Below are positions 9,901 through 18,062 of a DNA stretch of 64,000 bases, in pieces (position 1 is the first letter of the stretch; every line of letters starts with the position of its first letter). The stretch is from contig JAJZNA010000032.1 in the NCBI GenBank assembly GCA_021848065.1, forward strand, positions 35,389 through 99,388, in the 5' to 3' direction. The notes below the pieces were generated by a model that was not told the origin of the DNA, searched no databases, and saw nothing but the letters and a program-made list of their open reading frames with translations. The DNA comes from Candidatus Micrarchaeota archaeon (GTDB lineage: Archaea > Micrarchaeota > Micrarchaeia > Micrarchaeales > CABMGC01). Made by a program: the position numbers and the translations under genes.

Positions 9901-11300
9901 CATTCTCTCCTTCAGGTACATATGCATATGTGTCGGATTTTGTACAAAGCAATGTGTCGATAATTGATACCGCAACAAATTCAATAACAAACTCAATAAA
10001 TTCAGGCTTCTACGAGCCATTCGGCATCGCATTCTCACCCTCCGGATCCTATGCCTACGTGACAAATTATGCCGGCAATGCTGTAATAATAAACACCGCG
10101 ACAAATTCTGTTACCGATTCAATATCCGGCCACGGGATATCGGACCCTTCTGCAGTGGCCTTCTCCCCATCCGGCACATACGCGTACATAGGGAATTCGG
10201 GCAATAGCACAATCTTAATAGTGAATAGCGCAACAAATACTGTAGACGGAACCGTTTCCGGCAGCATCGATACCCCCTATGGGATTGCATTCTCCCCATC
10301 CGGATCTCCCGCATACGCTGTCTCGTATTCATCTGCCAATATTTATCTTATCGGCACAAAAGCCCTAAACAACAGTTTTACATATTCAATACCTTCGCTG
10401 CAGGATGGTAGCACGCTATATGCATCTGTTTCGGTCACTGATAGCCAAGGCGTTAGCGCCACCTCCAAGCACACCGGAATCCTGACCGTCGCATCGCCTT
10501 CAACAACTACAACAACCACTGTAACAACTACAGTCACTCCAACCACAACTGCCGGGGGCTGCGGCGCAGGGTGCATACACGGGAGCGGAGGCACGGGGGC
10601 ATCAAGCAGCATCACAACAAGCTCCACAACCATAAAGACCACGCTGCCTACCACTACCCTGCAAACCACTACCTTGCCTACTACCACCATGCCCACTACA
10701 ATTACAACTACTGCGCTCCCAATCCCCCCGATAGAAGTGACCGTAAAACCAGCCGGCGAGACGACTCCGCAGCTGTGCAACGATCTAGCCACCGGATACA
10801 ACGTGACTTACACCTCACTTGGGGCAACCTTCCAGGTGGGTCCTGGCATATCCGGGTGCTTCAACATGACTGCCATCAATGCCACCACTGAGGACATAAA
10901 TGCTTCGAACAGCACAATGAGGCTTCTGGACGCTGTCAACTTCACTGCAAGCAGCAACGTACGCGTTAATGCAACCATGCACTACGCGTGCAGCCTGCCT
11001 TCATCTGACGTTGCGCCTTTCATACTCTCCAATGGCACATGGGATGAGATCCGCCCATTCACCGTGGACCCCAGTGCATGCACTGTCACATTTGCCGTTC
11101 CTTCAGACCCTGTCATAGCCCTATTCGATCTTCTCGGCGGCGCTTCCCAGTCAACGGCCCCTACGACATCTGCAAACCAGCAGGAACAATCCGGCCAGCA
11201 GCAAAACTACCCAATCCTGCCAGCACTTGCAGTCATTGCAGCCATCCTTATCCTACTTGCGCTATACACTAGGCGCAGGGGAAGGCGCCTTGGCTCATGA
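6945..11300 (+). CDS. giant cell-surface protein: signal peptide, two DUF2341/LamG-like modules, YVTN beta-propeller repeats, Thr-rich linker, C-terminal TM anchor
   Basis: Signal peptide MHIRLYAFALLFLFAVGVSHA. A duplicated module is present (NLEFFYANGSIIPSWMQGN...VLFWLRI...VYMGFAS...GEAPQLSSAYGQYDDGANVFNFY versus VVYFKNGTVAYSWIEGN...VLIWFKS...IYLGFAP...GEAPQLS...YGQYDNGNNVFTYY). These are followed by SPSGTYAYVTNY repeats, a poly-Thr linker, and the C-terminal anchor ILPALAVIAAILILLALYTRRRGRR. Confidence 0.75.
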   Translation: MHIRLYAFALLFLFAVGVSHAVTLPSNIITYVPISLSNSQGSAFSYNSQVMIAVNALAYKKLESPSMQNLEFFYANGSIIPSWMQGNSSLSSSGATQNAFSVGYTSTNVLFWLRIAPANTFLSQGSSNTVYMGFASNSTNLLSNTLTGEAPQLSSAYGQYDDGANVFNFYMNAKSVPSLIDPGSITAYQGGVVGNSSQLSIVYDPLMGNAIDVTPNTTLKDTYYFMHAPGIPSNFVLTQWTYSSGGATDQWLGAINSSTMDGYSAMPGDGGNGFLSIYVDSSRSLIGNAGYSYPYNAWISSGLIFTSSGSMHAYASNGIGLLPGGNIINATSTLYSTFNTIFFAPFVSGTYKRLMGLILARTYPPGGVMAQASFGTAVSAPTISLSNTLSPGLVELISGSPSDHALVSATCTSGDTCAIYNSSGSALASATSIATLPYNSLPLGYSTLYAKDTSAGLTSGNVHVRRISVNASITITLSNSHSAAVAANTPLSISINATAYPGYVSNSLNNTVVYFKNGTVAYSWIEGNLLNEQQQANTLYTSNDVLIWFKSPGSSAYLPADAGSATTNTIYLGFAPLTTRLVDGNYIGEAPQLSCSDPTFPSTCSPVGGASSYGQYDNGNNVFTYYVNFAGASCPAGWSCSATTISNSISVPAGSYAVTTGTYGQNASRILDFEGYIPTAANANNAGAGYFSSPYYNTGGEGDNWEINTGNGDCNSGYACAETWTTSPSQKGVLPSTSIGYSVWSIYLPSSSSTTLSSRYGAQNSLTILGTNNGIPNTKLPMGFSNNQNTGQPTPLGPFNWLRLRIYPPSGDMPSASFSAVTTTLSVNISSSTTLPATLNSGQAITFNAIPSGGSGVYSSYNFLVYNSVTNAEVANYLTQETENTIISNIPYGLNRACSIAVSPSGTYAYVLNYNSGNIVILDTGTNSITGAISNGFSSPRSVAFSPSGTYAYVTNYGSSNVVIINTATNSVTGSIPGLSYSWGVAFSPSGTYAYVSDFVQSNVSIIDTATNSITNSINSGFYEPFGIAFSPSGSYAYVTNYAGNAVIINTATNSVTDSISGHGISDPSAVAFSPSGTYAYIGNSGNSTILIVNSATNTVDGTVSGSIDTPYGIAFSPSGSPAYAVSYSSANIYLIGTKALNNSFTYSIPSLQDGSTLYASVSVTDSQGVSATSKHTGILTVASPSTTTTTTVTTTVTPTTTAGGCGAGCIHGSGGTGASSSITTSSTTIKTTLPTTTLQTTTLPTTTMPTTITTTALPIPPIEVTVKPAGETTPQLCNDLATGYNVTYTSLGATFQVGPGISGCFNMTAINATTEDINASNSTMRLLDAVNFTASSNVRVNATMHYACSLPSSDVAPFILSNGTWDEIRPFTVDPSACTVTFAVPSDPVIALFDLLGGASQSTAPTTSANQQEQSGQQQNYPILPALAVIAAILILLALYTRRRGRRLGS
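9630..10350 (+). repeat. about eight tandem ~40-aa YVTN-type beta-propeller repeats inside the surface protein
   Basis: Recurring (A/V)FSPSG(T/S)YAYV(T/S)N(Y)..(S/G)N(V/I)..I(N/D)TATNS(V/I)T..I units, read directly from the translation. Confidence 0.75.
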
Positions 11301-11441
11301 TCGGCCCTTGCTTATTGCAGAAACTTCGCTGAAAAATGTAGCACTGTCTAAGTATGGCAATACGCAGTAGTTACGTTTATATATCTGTGCAGCCCCACTA
11401 CGCACAGTGATTTTATAGCGGCTATTAGAACTACCGCTGCG

Positions 11442-12380
11442 TTGCACGCACAAAGCGCAGATGTCAGGGCGGTTGTGGTAGAGTGCCTTAAGGGGACCCT
11501 CAGGAATGCCAATCTCGGCCCCGAGCTTCTGGCGCTCAATCCCGGAAGCAGCACTACGAAAGGCTACAGGGAGGGTTTCAGCGATGTTGACTTCATGGTG
11601 CTATTTCGGGATGCGGCATCAAACTCAGGGCGCTTCGATCTTGGCAGGATCAAGCTCCTTACAAACTGCTGCAGGGACGCTTCAAGGGCCCTTTTAAATG
11701 AAGGCATAGTTGTCGCTGCATTCCCTTCATTCTTTGTAGAGAATTTCATTGTGTACATAACAAACGAGGAGGCACGGAAGGCTTCTCCATCGCGCAAGCT
11801 AAGGACCGTCCCATTACATTTCCTTGCGTATCCAAATGTATCTGCCCTTTTGGGTTGGGAGAGGGATCCGCGGCTGGTCAGGAACCTGGTGCGCGCAAGC
11901 GGCCTGGTGCTCGGGACTGACTCAGGAAAGCAGCAGCTGTTGCACACCGTAGAGCGTGCGATGGATACAGGATCCCCATCTGGATTTGACGCAGAGCTTA
12001 TGACTGCGGAGTACACGCTTGCGAATGCGTACGTCCTCCTAGTGGCAAATCCATACCTTCCTGCCGATCTAGTTGCGATAGACGCCCTTTCAAAGATAAA
12101 ATATGCGGCACATCATATTATCACACGATATCTGGAGATGGCTCCTAAGCCCATTGTCGTCTCCACGTGGGAAAAGGCCTCTTCTGAAGCCATTCTCAAT
12201 GATATTGATGCTAAGATTGATGCCAGTGTAAGAGACTTCGTGCGCTTTGTGAGCAAGCTAAGGGACAATGAAAGACCCCCGTCAACGAATGAGCTGGAGG
12301 AGGCTTTCGCCAAGGCAGATATCGCCATAAAGCATGTATTCCGGCAGATACATTCTGGGAACTCCTCTTCGCGTGGCTGA
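11442..12380 (+). CDS. Pol-beta-superfamily nucleotidyltransferase domain protein
   Basis: GSSTTKGYREGFSDVDFMVLF matches the GS-x(n)-DxD minimal nucleotidyltransferase signature. The C-terminal ~200 aa are unassigned. Uses a TTG start. Confidence 0.5.
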   Translation: MHAQSADVRAVVVECLKGTLRNANLGPELLALNPGSSTTKGYREGFSDVDFMVLFRDAASNSGRFDLGRIKLLTNCCRDASRALLNEGIVVAAFPSFFVENFIVYITNEEARKASPSRKLRTVPLHFLAYPNVSALLGWERDPRLVRNLVRASGLVLGTDSGKQQLLHTVERAMDTGSPSGFDAELMTAEYTLANAYVLLVANPYLPADLVAIDALSKIKYAAHHIITRYLEMAPKPIVVSTWEKASSEAILNDIDAKIDASVRDFVRFVSKLRDNERPPSTNELEEAFAKADIAIKHVFRQIHSGNSSSRG

Positions 12381-12463
12381 AGTACCTACCTGGATCAGTT
12401 TTAACATCTGCACCGCCTTGTGAAAACCTTAAGAATCTGGATTGCAATGATTGGAGCGATAAA

Positions 12464-12799
12464 ATGGCTCCCACTGGCCGCTGGTTCAAGTTTTTAGGAA
12501 GGAGAGTTGACCTAATAATAGATCACATGCCTTCTGCGGGTATCTTGGAAGTGCGTGTAAAGATGGCACCATTGGCCGGAATTCTTAGGAGAGAAGATGC
12601 ACTTTCAGAAGCCGCAGAACTCGCGCGCTCGGCCTTAGGGGCCGACGATCTTCGCGGGCCACTGCAAGCCCTCTCAGAAGACCCAGCACGCGACGCAGGC
12701 ATTTTAGAGGCAGTGGCTCATGCGCTCGAAAACATGGTGCGCAAAGGCAGTGATGTTGCAATGGGCGAGGAAGGCATACGCTTTTCTATGCGCCTGTGA
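12464..12799 (+). CDS. hypothetical protein
   Basis: 111-aa ORF in an otherwise empty interval. Composition looks protein-like, but there is no motif. Confidence 0.3.
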   Translation: MAPTGRWFKFLGRRVDLIIDHMPSAGILEVRVKMAPLAGILRREDALSEAAELARSALGADDLRGPLQALSEDPARDAGILEAVAHALENMVRKGSDVAMGEEGIRFSMRL

Positions 12800-12918
12800 A
12801 TTCCCTCTTTCTTTATCCCATTTCCGTATCTTTCCCAGAATGCATCTGCAAGCCCGTGCCTTCACATTGCAGCTTTTCAGCACCCTGCCTACGCGTAATT
12901 TACATCCTAAGTCGTACC

Positions 12919-13395
12919 CTACTGCTCCTTTGTCCCTTCTTCATCATCCTTTGCGGTATCTGTGTACATGGCCAAGCCGGCACCTCCATGCACCTTCATT
13001 ATGTGCCTTCCCATCTCCAGATGGGAGTTCGTGCTGTACTGGCACCTGTCGCATTTATACCTCTTCGAAGGCGGAGCCGGTTTAGTGACTGATACGGCAG
13101 GCTTAGGGTTCGCTGCCGCCTTCTTTACTACGTCATATCCTTCAAGCACGAACCTTACGCCGCCCAATTTACCTGCTGCAAAGTTGTACAGCCAAGCGCT
13201 TATGGCTCCTGTTATAAAGCCCAGAAGGGCAATGAGTATGGGCACAGCTATCAACATGATGATGCCTACGGCCACCGAACCGCTTGCCAGGGAGAGGAGA
13301 CCGACCACGACCCCGTAAACTATCCCTATTACCAGATAAATGAATCCGTATATCTTTGCCAAGGAAATCGGGTCAACGCTTTTCAGAACGGGCAT
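12919..13395 (-). CDS. membrane protein with C-terminal C2H2-type zinc finger
   Basis: Three hydrophobic helices at the N-terminus, then YKCDRCQYSTNSHLEMGRHIMKVH, which is a textbook C-x2-C-x12-H-x4-H spacing. Confidence 0.55.
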   Translation of the reverse strand: MPVLKSVDPISLAKIYGFIYLVIGIVYGVVVGLLSLASGSVAVGIIMLIAVPILIALLGFITGAISAWLYNFAAGKLGGVRFVLEGYDVVKKAAANPKPAVSVTKPAPPSKRYKCDRCQYSTNSHLEMGRHIMKVHGGAGLAMYTDTAKDDEEGTKEQ

Positions 13396-13478
13396 ATACT
13401 CTCATGTATCTATTTCGGCACCTTTAATAAATATCTTGGCCGTACCTGCTATATACGAGCGGGATTTGCGGGATTTTG

Positions 13479-14036
13479 ATGGGGAGGAATGCTGTAATAC
13501 TCCATGGCACAGGTGAGACTGACGGGTCGTTCTGGCTGCCTTACATAAAGAAGGATCTCGAGGCCAAAGGATATTTTGTATCGATACCTCTTCTTCCCGA
13601 TGCAGGCAATCCCCGTCTCTCGAACTGGCTGCCCGTGGCGCTCAAAGAGGCATACACAAAGGATACTGTCCTGATAGGCCACTCTGCAGGATGCCCGCTT
13701 GCGCTCAGCGTATTGGAGCGCCTTGATTCTGGGATAAAGCAGGCAATACTGGTTTCAGGTTACGCCCGCAAGCTGGGCGCATCCACAGGCCCTGGCGAAG
13801 ACCCGATCCTTCAGGGCAGATACGACTGGGGTAGGATAGGGCGCAATGTAACTGACCTGGTGCTGCTGAACTCTGACAACGACCCCTGGGGATGCAACGA
13901 TATTGAGGGCAGGCACATTCTTGATAGCATAGGCAAGGGGAAGCTGATAGTCATGAAGGGCGAAGGCCATATGGGATCCGACAGGTTCAAGCAGCCTTAC
14001 AGGGAGTTCCCTTTCCTTGCAAAATTAATTGATTGA
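13479..14036 (+). CDS. alpha/beta serine hydrolase, YdeN/RBBP9-like
   Basis: Starts AVILHGTGE..., has the nucleophile elbow GHSAG, a late DPWG and a terminal GEGHMG. The ~185-aa size is typical of PF06821-like hydrolases. Confidence 0.6.
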   Translation: MGRNAVILHGTGETDGSFWLPYIKKDLEAKGYFVSIPLLPDAGNPRLSNWLPVALKEAYTKDTVLIGHSAGCPLALSVLERLDSGIKQAILVSGYARKLGASTGPGEDPILQGRYDWGRIGRNVTDLVLLNSDNDPWGCNDIEGRHILDSIGKGKLIVMKGEGHMGSDRFKQPYREFPFLAKLID

Positions 14037-14209
14037 ATGCATTGCCCATCGCACTGCAAAATGTGCTAACCTGACCTGCATTAATGCATGATGGGCAAAC
14101 AGAAAAATTTCTGATGCGCTGCCAAGTATCTGGCTTGGCATCAATGCCAACTGCGATATTGGCCCAGTAAACGGCAAACATTATAAGCTTCCACGCCAAG
14201 TAGAGCTGC

Positions 14210-15073
14210 ATGTATTCCATATCTGTCATTAGTTTGATCTTTGCGGTATTCTCAATGCTAGGTTATGGTGTTGTGGACTTGATTTCCTTCCTCCTGTCAC
14301 GCCAGGCCGATCCGCGAACCGTGCCGCTATGGACTACTGCCCTATCTATTGTATTCATTGGGATAGGTGCCTTTTTCATCAAATTTCCAGGAATCACTAC
14401 TGGCTCCTTGCTGCTGCTTATTTTTGCTTCAGTGATAGGCGTTGCAGGAATACTATCTTTCTACAGGGGCCTAAACAAGGGGAGCATATCCGTTGTGGTG
14501 CCAATAGCAAACCTCTGGCCGCTGGTGTCCGTAACCCTAAGCCTTGCCCTTCTGGGAGAGGCAATATCCTCAGTGCAGCTTTACGGCATTGCGCTTGCAA
14601 TGCTCGGAATCCTTCTGGTCTCATTCAAGTTCAAGGATCTTCTCAGCCTCAATTTCAGGAAGGCGGCTATGGGCGCCGAGTATGCACTGGCCACCATGCT
14701 GTGCTGGGGGATCTTCTACACTTCGCTGGGGTTCCTGTCAAAGAGCATGGGCTTCTTCTGGCCCACCCTCCTGGCCCAGATTCTTGTTGGAGTAGGCATA
14801 CTCATATATCTCCTTCTCAAGCGCTCCGACCTCACGTTTCCAAGGCAGGCCAGCAGGAAGCTGGTACTCTTTGCAATAATCCTAAGCGTATCCGTGCTGT
14901 GCTACATGGTGAGCACTGGGTCGGGGTACGTGACGCTTACCGCTCCAATAACCGGCGCCGCTCCGGTGATCACCGTGCTGCTTGGTGTCGTACTTCTCAA
15001 GAACAAGGTGGGGAAGAATCAGATGCTTGGGGTAATATTGATAGTCGCAGGGATAGCCTTGATATCCATCTAA
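14210..15073 (+). CDS. EamA/DMT-family transporter
   Basis: 287 aa with about ten TM helices in two similar halves, typical of the drug/metabolite transporter fold. Confidence 0.65.
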   Translation: MYSISVISLIFAVFSMLGYGVVDLISFLLSRQADPRTVPLWTTALSIVFIGIGAFFIKFPGITTGSLLLLIFASVIGVAGILSFYRGLNKGSISVVVPIANLWPLVSVTLSLALLGEAISSVQLYGIALAMLGILLVSFKFKDLLSLNFRKAAMGAEYALATMLCWGIFYTSLGFLSKSMGFFWPTLLAQILVGVGILIYLLLKRSDLTFPRQASRKLVLFAIILSVSVLCYMVSTGSGYVTLTAPITGAAPVITVLLGVVLLKNKVGKNQMLGVILIVAGIALISI

Positions 15074-15107
15074 TGTGGTTTTAATCCCTAATGCCGATTA
15101 GATAACC

Positions 15108-15665
15108 ATGAAAAAACCGGAAGGCCTCTTTGCCTTTGTGGTGCACAAGCACAAGGCTACAACCCTGCATTACGACTTCAGGCTGCAGATTGGCGAGGCC
15201 ATGCCTTCCTGGGCAATACCAAAGGGCCCCACGCTTGACAACTCCGCCAGGCGCCTTGCGCTTCCAACTAGCGACCATGCGCTCGAGTACCGCCATTTCG
15301 AAGGGGTCATACCAAAAGGCGAGTATGGCGCAGGCCCTGTCATGATATGGGACGAGGGGACTTACAATCCGGAAATAGAGCTGGACAACGGCTCCCGCAA
15401 GGAGCTAACCTCAAGGAAAGATGCGCGCAGCGCTGCGATAAAAGGATACAAGCTGGGAAACCTCAAGTTCACCCTTTATGGAAAGAAGCTGCATGGCTCC
15501 TTCGCGCTTGTCAGGACCGCGTTTGCAGGCAGGAAGGATGCGTGGCTACTGATAAAGCATAAGGACAGGTACTGCAAGAAGGGATACGATGCCAATGACT
15601 ACGACTTTTCCGCAGAGAGCGGCAGGTCCCTGGCTGAGATATCCGGGATGCCACGAACCGATTAG
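15108..15665 (+). CDS. stand-alone LigD-type 3'-phosphoesterase (PE) domain protein
   Basis: FVVHKHKATTLHYDFRLQ...SWAIPKGPTLD...RLALPTSDHALEYRHFEGVIPKGEYGAGPVMIWDEGTY closely follows the LigD PE domain consensus. Confidence 0.8.
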   Translation: MKKPEGLFAFVVHKHKATTLHYDFRLQIGEAMPSWAIPKGPTLDNSARRLALPTSDHALEYRHFEGVIPKGEYGAGPVMIWDEGTYNPEIELDNGSRKELTSRKDARSAAIKGYKLGNLKFTLYGKKLHGSFALVRTAFAGRKDAWLLIKHKDRYCKKGYDANDYDFSAESGRSLAEISGMPRTD

Positions 15666-15694
15666 CGATGGCATCTGGGTTATTCGTTACCTGC

Positions 15695-16927
15695 TTACTT
15701 CCTTTCAGCTGCAATTAGCTGCCTTGCCATCTCCTCTTCCTTCAACAGCGATAATGCCCTCGGATCGCCTGGGCCTGGCCTTGGCGGCATGGTGCGTATA
15801 AGCTCTCCAGCCAGCAGGGCGTCTATCCCTGCAGCAAGGGTGACTACGTTTGCGGTGCTGTACGGCCCGTCCCAGTAATAGCCTATGTATCCTGCCTGCA
15901 GCCCGCTGCCCCTGTCGTATTTCCATATCGACTCCGAGTTCAGCATCATGAACCCTATGAACTCTGGATTGCGAGTCGCTCTGTACAGGTCTGCAAGGTT
16001 CTGTATGTATATCCCCTTGAAAGGCAGGTAGGAGAGGTCTTTGCATATGCCTTTGTATTCGCAACCGACCCCCATGAGTATGCCGTCATTGTCTGCGAAC
16101 GCAGCATCTGACGCATAGGCTACGCCCTGCGCCTTCCTTATGTAATACTGGTTGTGCGTGGCCTTGGCATAGCTGACCAATCCGCCTATCCAGAGCCCCT
16201 GCAGGTATGCCGAGTTACCCCTGTCAAAGCCGCCATGGACGTATCTGCCGTCAGATATCCTGCCATTTGCTACCATGAGGCCGCTGTGCATTAGCCAGCG
16301 GTAGGATCTCCTTGCCCAGCCGAGGTAATATTTATCCCTGTGCATGGCGTCATGTATCTGGCTCGCCAGGTCGAAGTATAGGAGATTGGTGACCGCATTC
16401 TTGTAGCTGTCCCACTGGTTCCATGTAAGCCCTCCGCCCAGGCTTGCGGACCAGCTCTGTTTCATATAGTTGAATGAGTACTCTGCCTGGTATAGGTATT
16501 GGCGTTCGTGGAAGGTGTTATACGCCATCACCCATGTCAGCCCCCACCACCCTTCATCGTCATTGTAGCCCGTAGAGATGAACCTGTTCATATTGAACGC
16601 TAGCCTCACGTCATTCTTGTATACTGGATTGTGCGTGGCCTGGTAGCCTTGCATAATTGTCTGCAATATGTTCGCGTTCTGCCACCATCCCGTGTCCCAC
16701 GACCCTGCCACAGGGCTGAACTGCTGCTGCAGTACCGAAAGCTCTGCGTCGATCTGTGCCTTGCCTGGCAGGTAGTTCACGCTGAAGTTAGACGGCCCTC
16801 CACTGCGCTGCAGGGCTATGTATGGGTAACTCGGATTTGCATGCGAGAATGCCACTACCATGGTCAGGCTTGCAGCCGCTGCCACCGCAGCGCCTCTTGC
16901 TGCAAGCTTCAGCATCCTACTTCTCAT
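15695..16927 (-). CDS. secreted glycoside hydrolase family 76-like (alpha-1,6-mannanase-like)
   Basis: Motifs WWQNANILQTIMQGY, NDDEGWWGLTWVMAY and GGGLTWNQWDSYKNAVTNLLY fit the GH76 pattern. I prefer the ATG at 16927 (MRSRMLKLAARGAAVAAAASL signal-like) over the ORF-track start at 17044. Confidence 0.6.
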   Translation of the reverse strand: MRSRMLKLAARGAAVAAAASLTMVVAFSHANPSYPYIALQRSGGPSNFSVNYLPGKAQIDAELSVLQQQFSPVAGSWDTGWWQNANILQTIMQGYQATHNPVYKNDVRLAFNMNRFISTGYNDDEGWWGLTWVMAYNTFHERQYLYQAEYSFNYMKQSWSASLGGGLTWNQWDSYKNAVTNLLYFDLASQIHDAMHRDKYYLGWARRSYRWLMHSGLMVANGRISDGRYVHGGFDRGNSAYLQGLWIGGLVSYAKATHNQYYIRKAQGVAYASDAAFADNDGILMGVGCEYKGICKDLSYLPFKGIYIQNLADLYRATRNPEFIGFMMLNSESIWKYDRGSGLQAGYIGYYWDGPYSTANVVTLAAGIDALLAGELIRTMPPRPGPGDPRALSLLKEEEMARQLIAAERK

Positions 16928-17178
16928 CCTCCCTTCCTTGGCCTGTTCATGTGCGCTTTCGTGGACTGCCTTGGCAGGCTCTCCATGCCTGATCAATGCC
17001 ACTTTGCCACCTTGCCTTCCAGGGCCTTCTCTGCCATGAAACAAGACCGCATCTCCTGATATTTATTATTGCCGTCCCTCCAGCCATCTGGCTTGTCATT
17101 GCCGCGCCATGCCCCGATCCTTTTGCCCATGCCTCGAATTAACAAAGCCAATATAATGCTTGCATTTGTAATATCTGC

Positions 17179-18009
17179 ATGCGAAGCCTGCCAAAACTGC
17201 GCAAGTTGCAGTCCGCCATGGAGTACCTCATGACCTATGGCTGGGCGATACTTATCATTGCAGTTGTGATGGTTGCACTCTTCGCCTTGGGGATATTCGA
17301 CAGTGCAAATTTTGCACCAAAAGCGCAGGCAGGCGCATGCCAAGTGGTACGCAATGTAGAATCGGTAACTCTCCAGGGCCAATGCCAAGGTGAGTTGCCC
17401 AGGTATGCCGCGGTATTCGATAGCCCGTCAAGCTATGTAAGCATACCCTATTCAGACATCGGGGGCTCGATAACATACTCAATGTGGGCAAAACCAACAT
17501 CGCCTCCCAATTCGTGGAGCCTATTCTCGTTTATGGGCACCCTGATCAGGATAAGCACCGGAAATATAATATTTTATCCAAATGTCTATACTGGAAACAG
17601 CCTAAGCATAAGTTACACAGTGCCTGTAAATGCTTGGACAAGCATAATCATAACCCAAAACGCTACAGATTCAAATATATACGTAAATGGTATCCTTGCA
17701 GGCAACAGCACAATTACAGCCCCAGTGGATACTGCCAGCTATACACAGTATATAGGCGGATATTTCGGAGCCTCCAATTGGCAAGGCCTCATATCAAATG
17801 TGCAGATCTACAACACATCCCTCTCCGCAAACGATGTGCAGCAGCTGTACCTCGAAGGCATCGGCGGCGCACCTATCGACCCCCTACACATCGTTGGCTG
17901 GTGGCCGCTAAACGGCAACGCGCAGGACTATTCGGGCAACTCCAACAACGGCAACCCTTCCAGTGTGTCGTACACCTCTTCCTGGACTTCCGGCTACACG
18001 CAGCCGTAA
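17179..18009 (+). CDS. class III signal peptide (archaeal prepilin-like) protein with LamG/concanavalin-like domain, paralog 1
   Basis: N-terminus KLQSAMEYLMTYGWAILIIAVVMVALFALG (PF04021-type motif). LamG-like core ending GLISNVQIYNTSLSANDVQQLY. Confidence 0.75.
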   Translation: MRSLPKLRKLQSAMEYLMTYGWAILIIAVVMVALFALGIFDSANFAPKAQAGACQVVRNVESVTLQGQCQGELPRYAAVFDSPSSYVSIPYSDIGGSITYSMWAKPTSPPNSWSLFSFMGTLIRISTGNIIFYPNVYTGNSLSISYTVPVNAWTSIIITQNATDSNIYVNGILAGNSTITAPVDTASYTQYIGGYFGASNWQGLISNVQIYNTSLSANDVQQLYLEGIGGAPIDPLHIVGWWPLNGNAQDYSGNSNNGNPSSVSYTSSWTSGYTQP

Positions 18010-18062
18010 ATCTGTGCAGCTATTTATTGCTTTCTGACAGAAAATAATTAGGTAGTTGTTGA

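Noticed and set aside
10343-10801. 152-aa minus-strand ORF rich in Val.
   Set aside because: It is the antisense reading of the poly-Thr (ACN) linker of the surface protein.
13987-14229. 80-aa minus-strand ORF between the hydrolase and the EamA transporter.
   Set aside because: It overlaps both neighbouring genes (about 50 nt and 20 nt) and has no motif. It may still be a real small membrane protein, but the sequence alone does not support it.
14329-15084. 251-aa alternative-frame ORF inside the EamA transporter gene.
   Set aside because: It is Arg/Gly/Pro-rich with no hydrophobic periodicity. The overlapping frame gives a clean 10-TM transporter.
16928-17044. 39-codon N-terminal extension of the GH76-like ORF.
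   Set aside because: The extension is Gly/Arg/Glu-rich and precedes a typical signal-like MRSRMLKLAARGAAVAAAASL, so the internal ATG at 16927 is the more plausible start.
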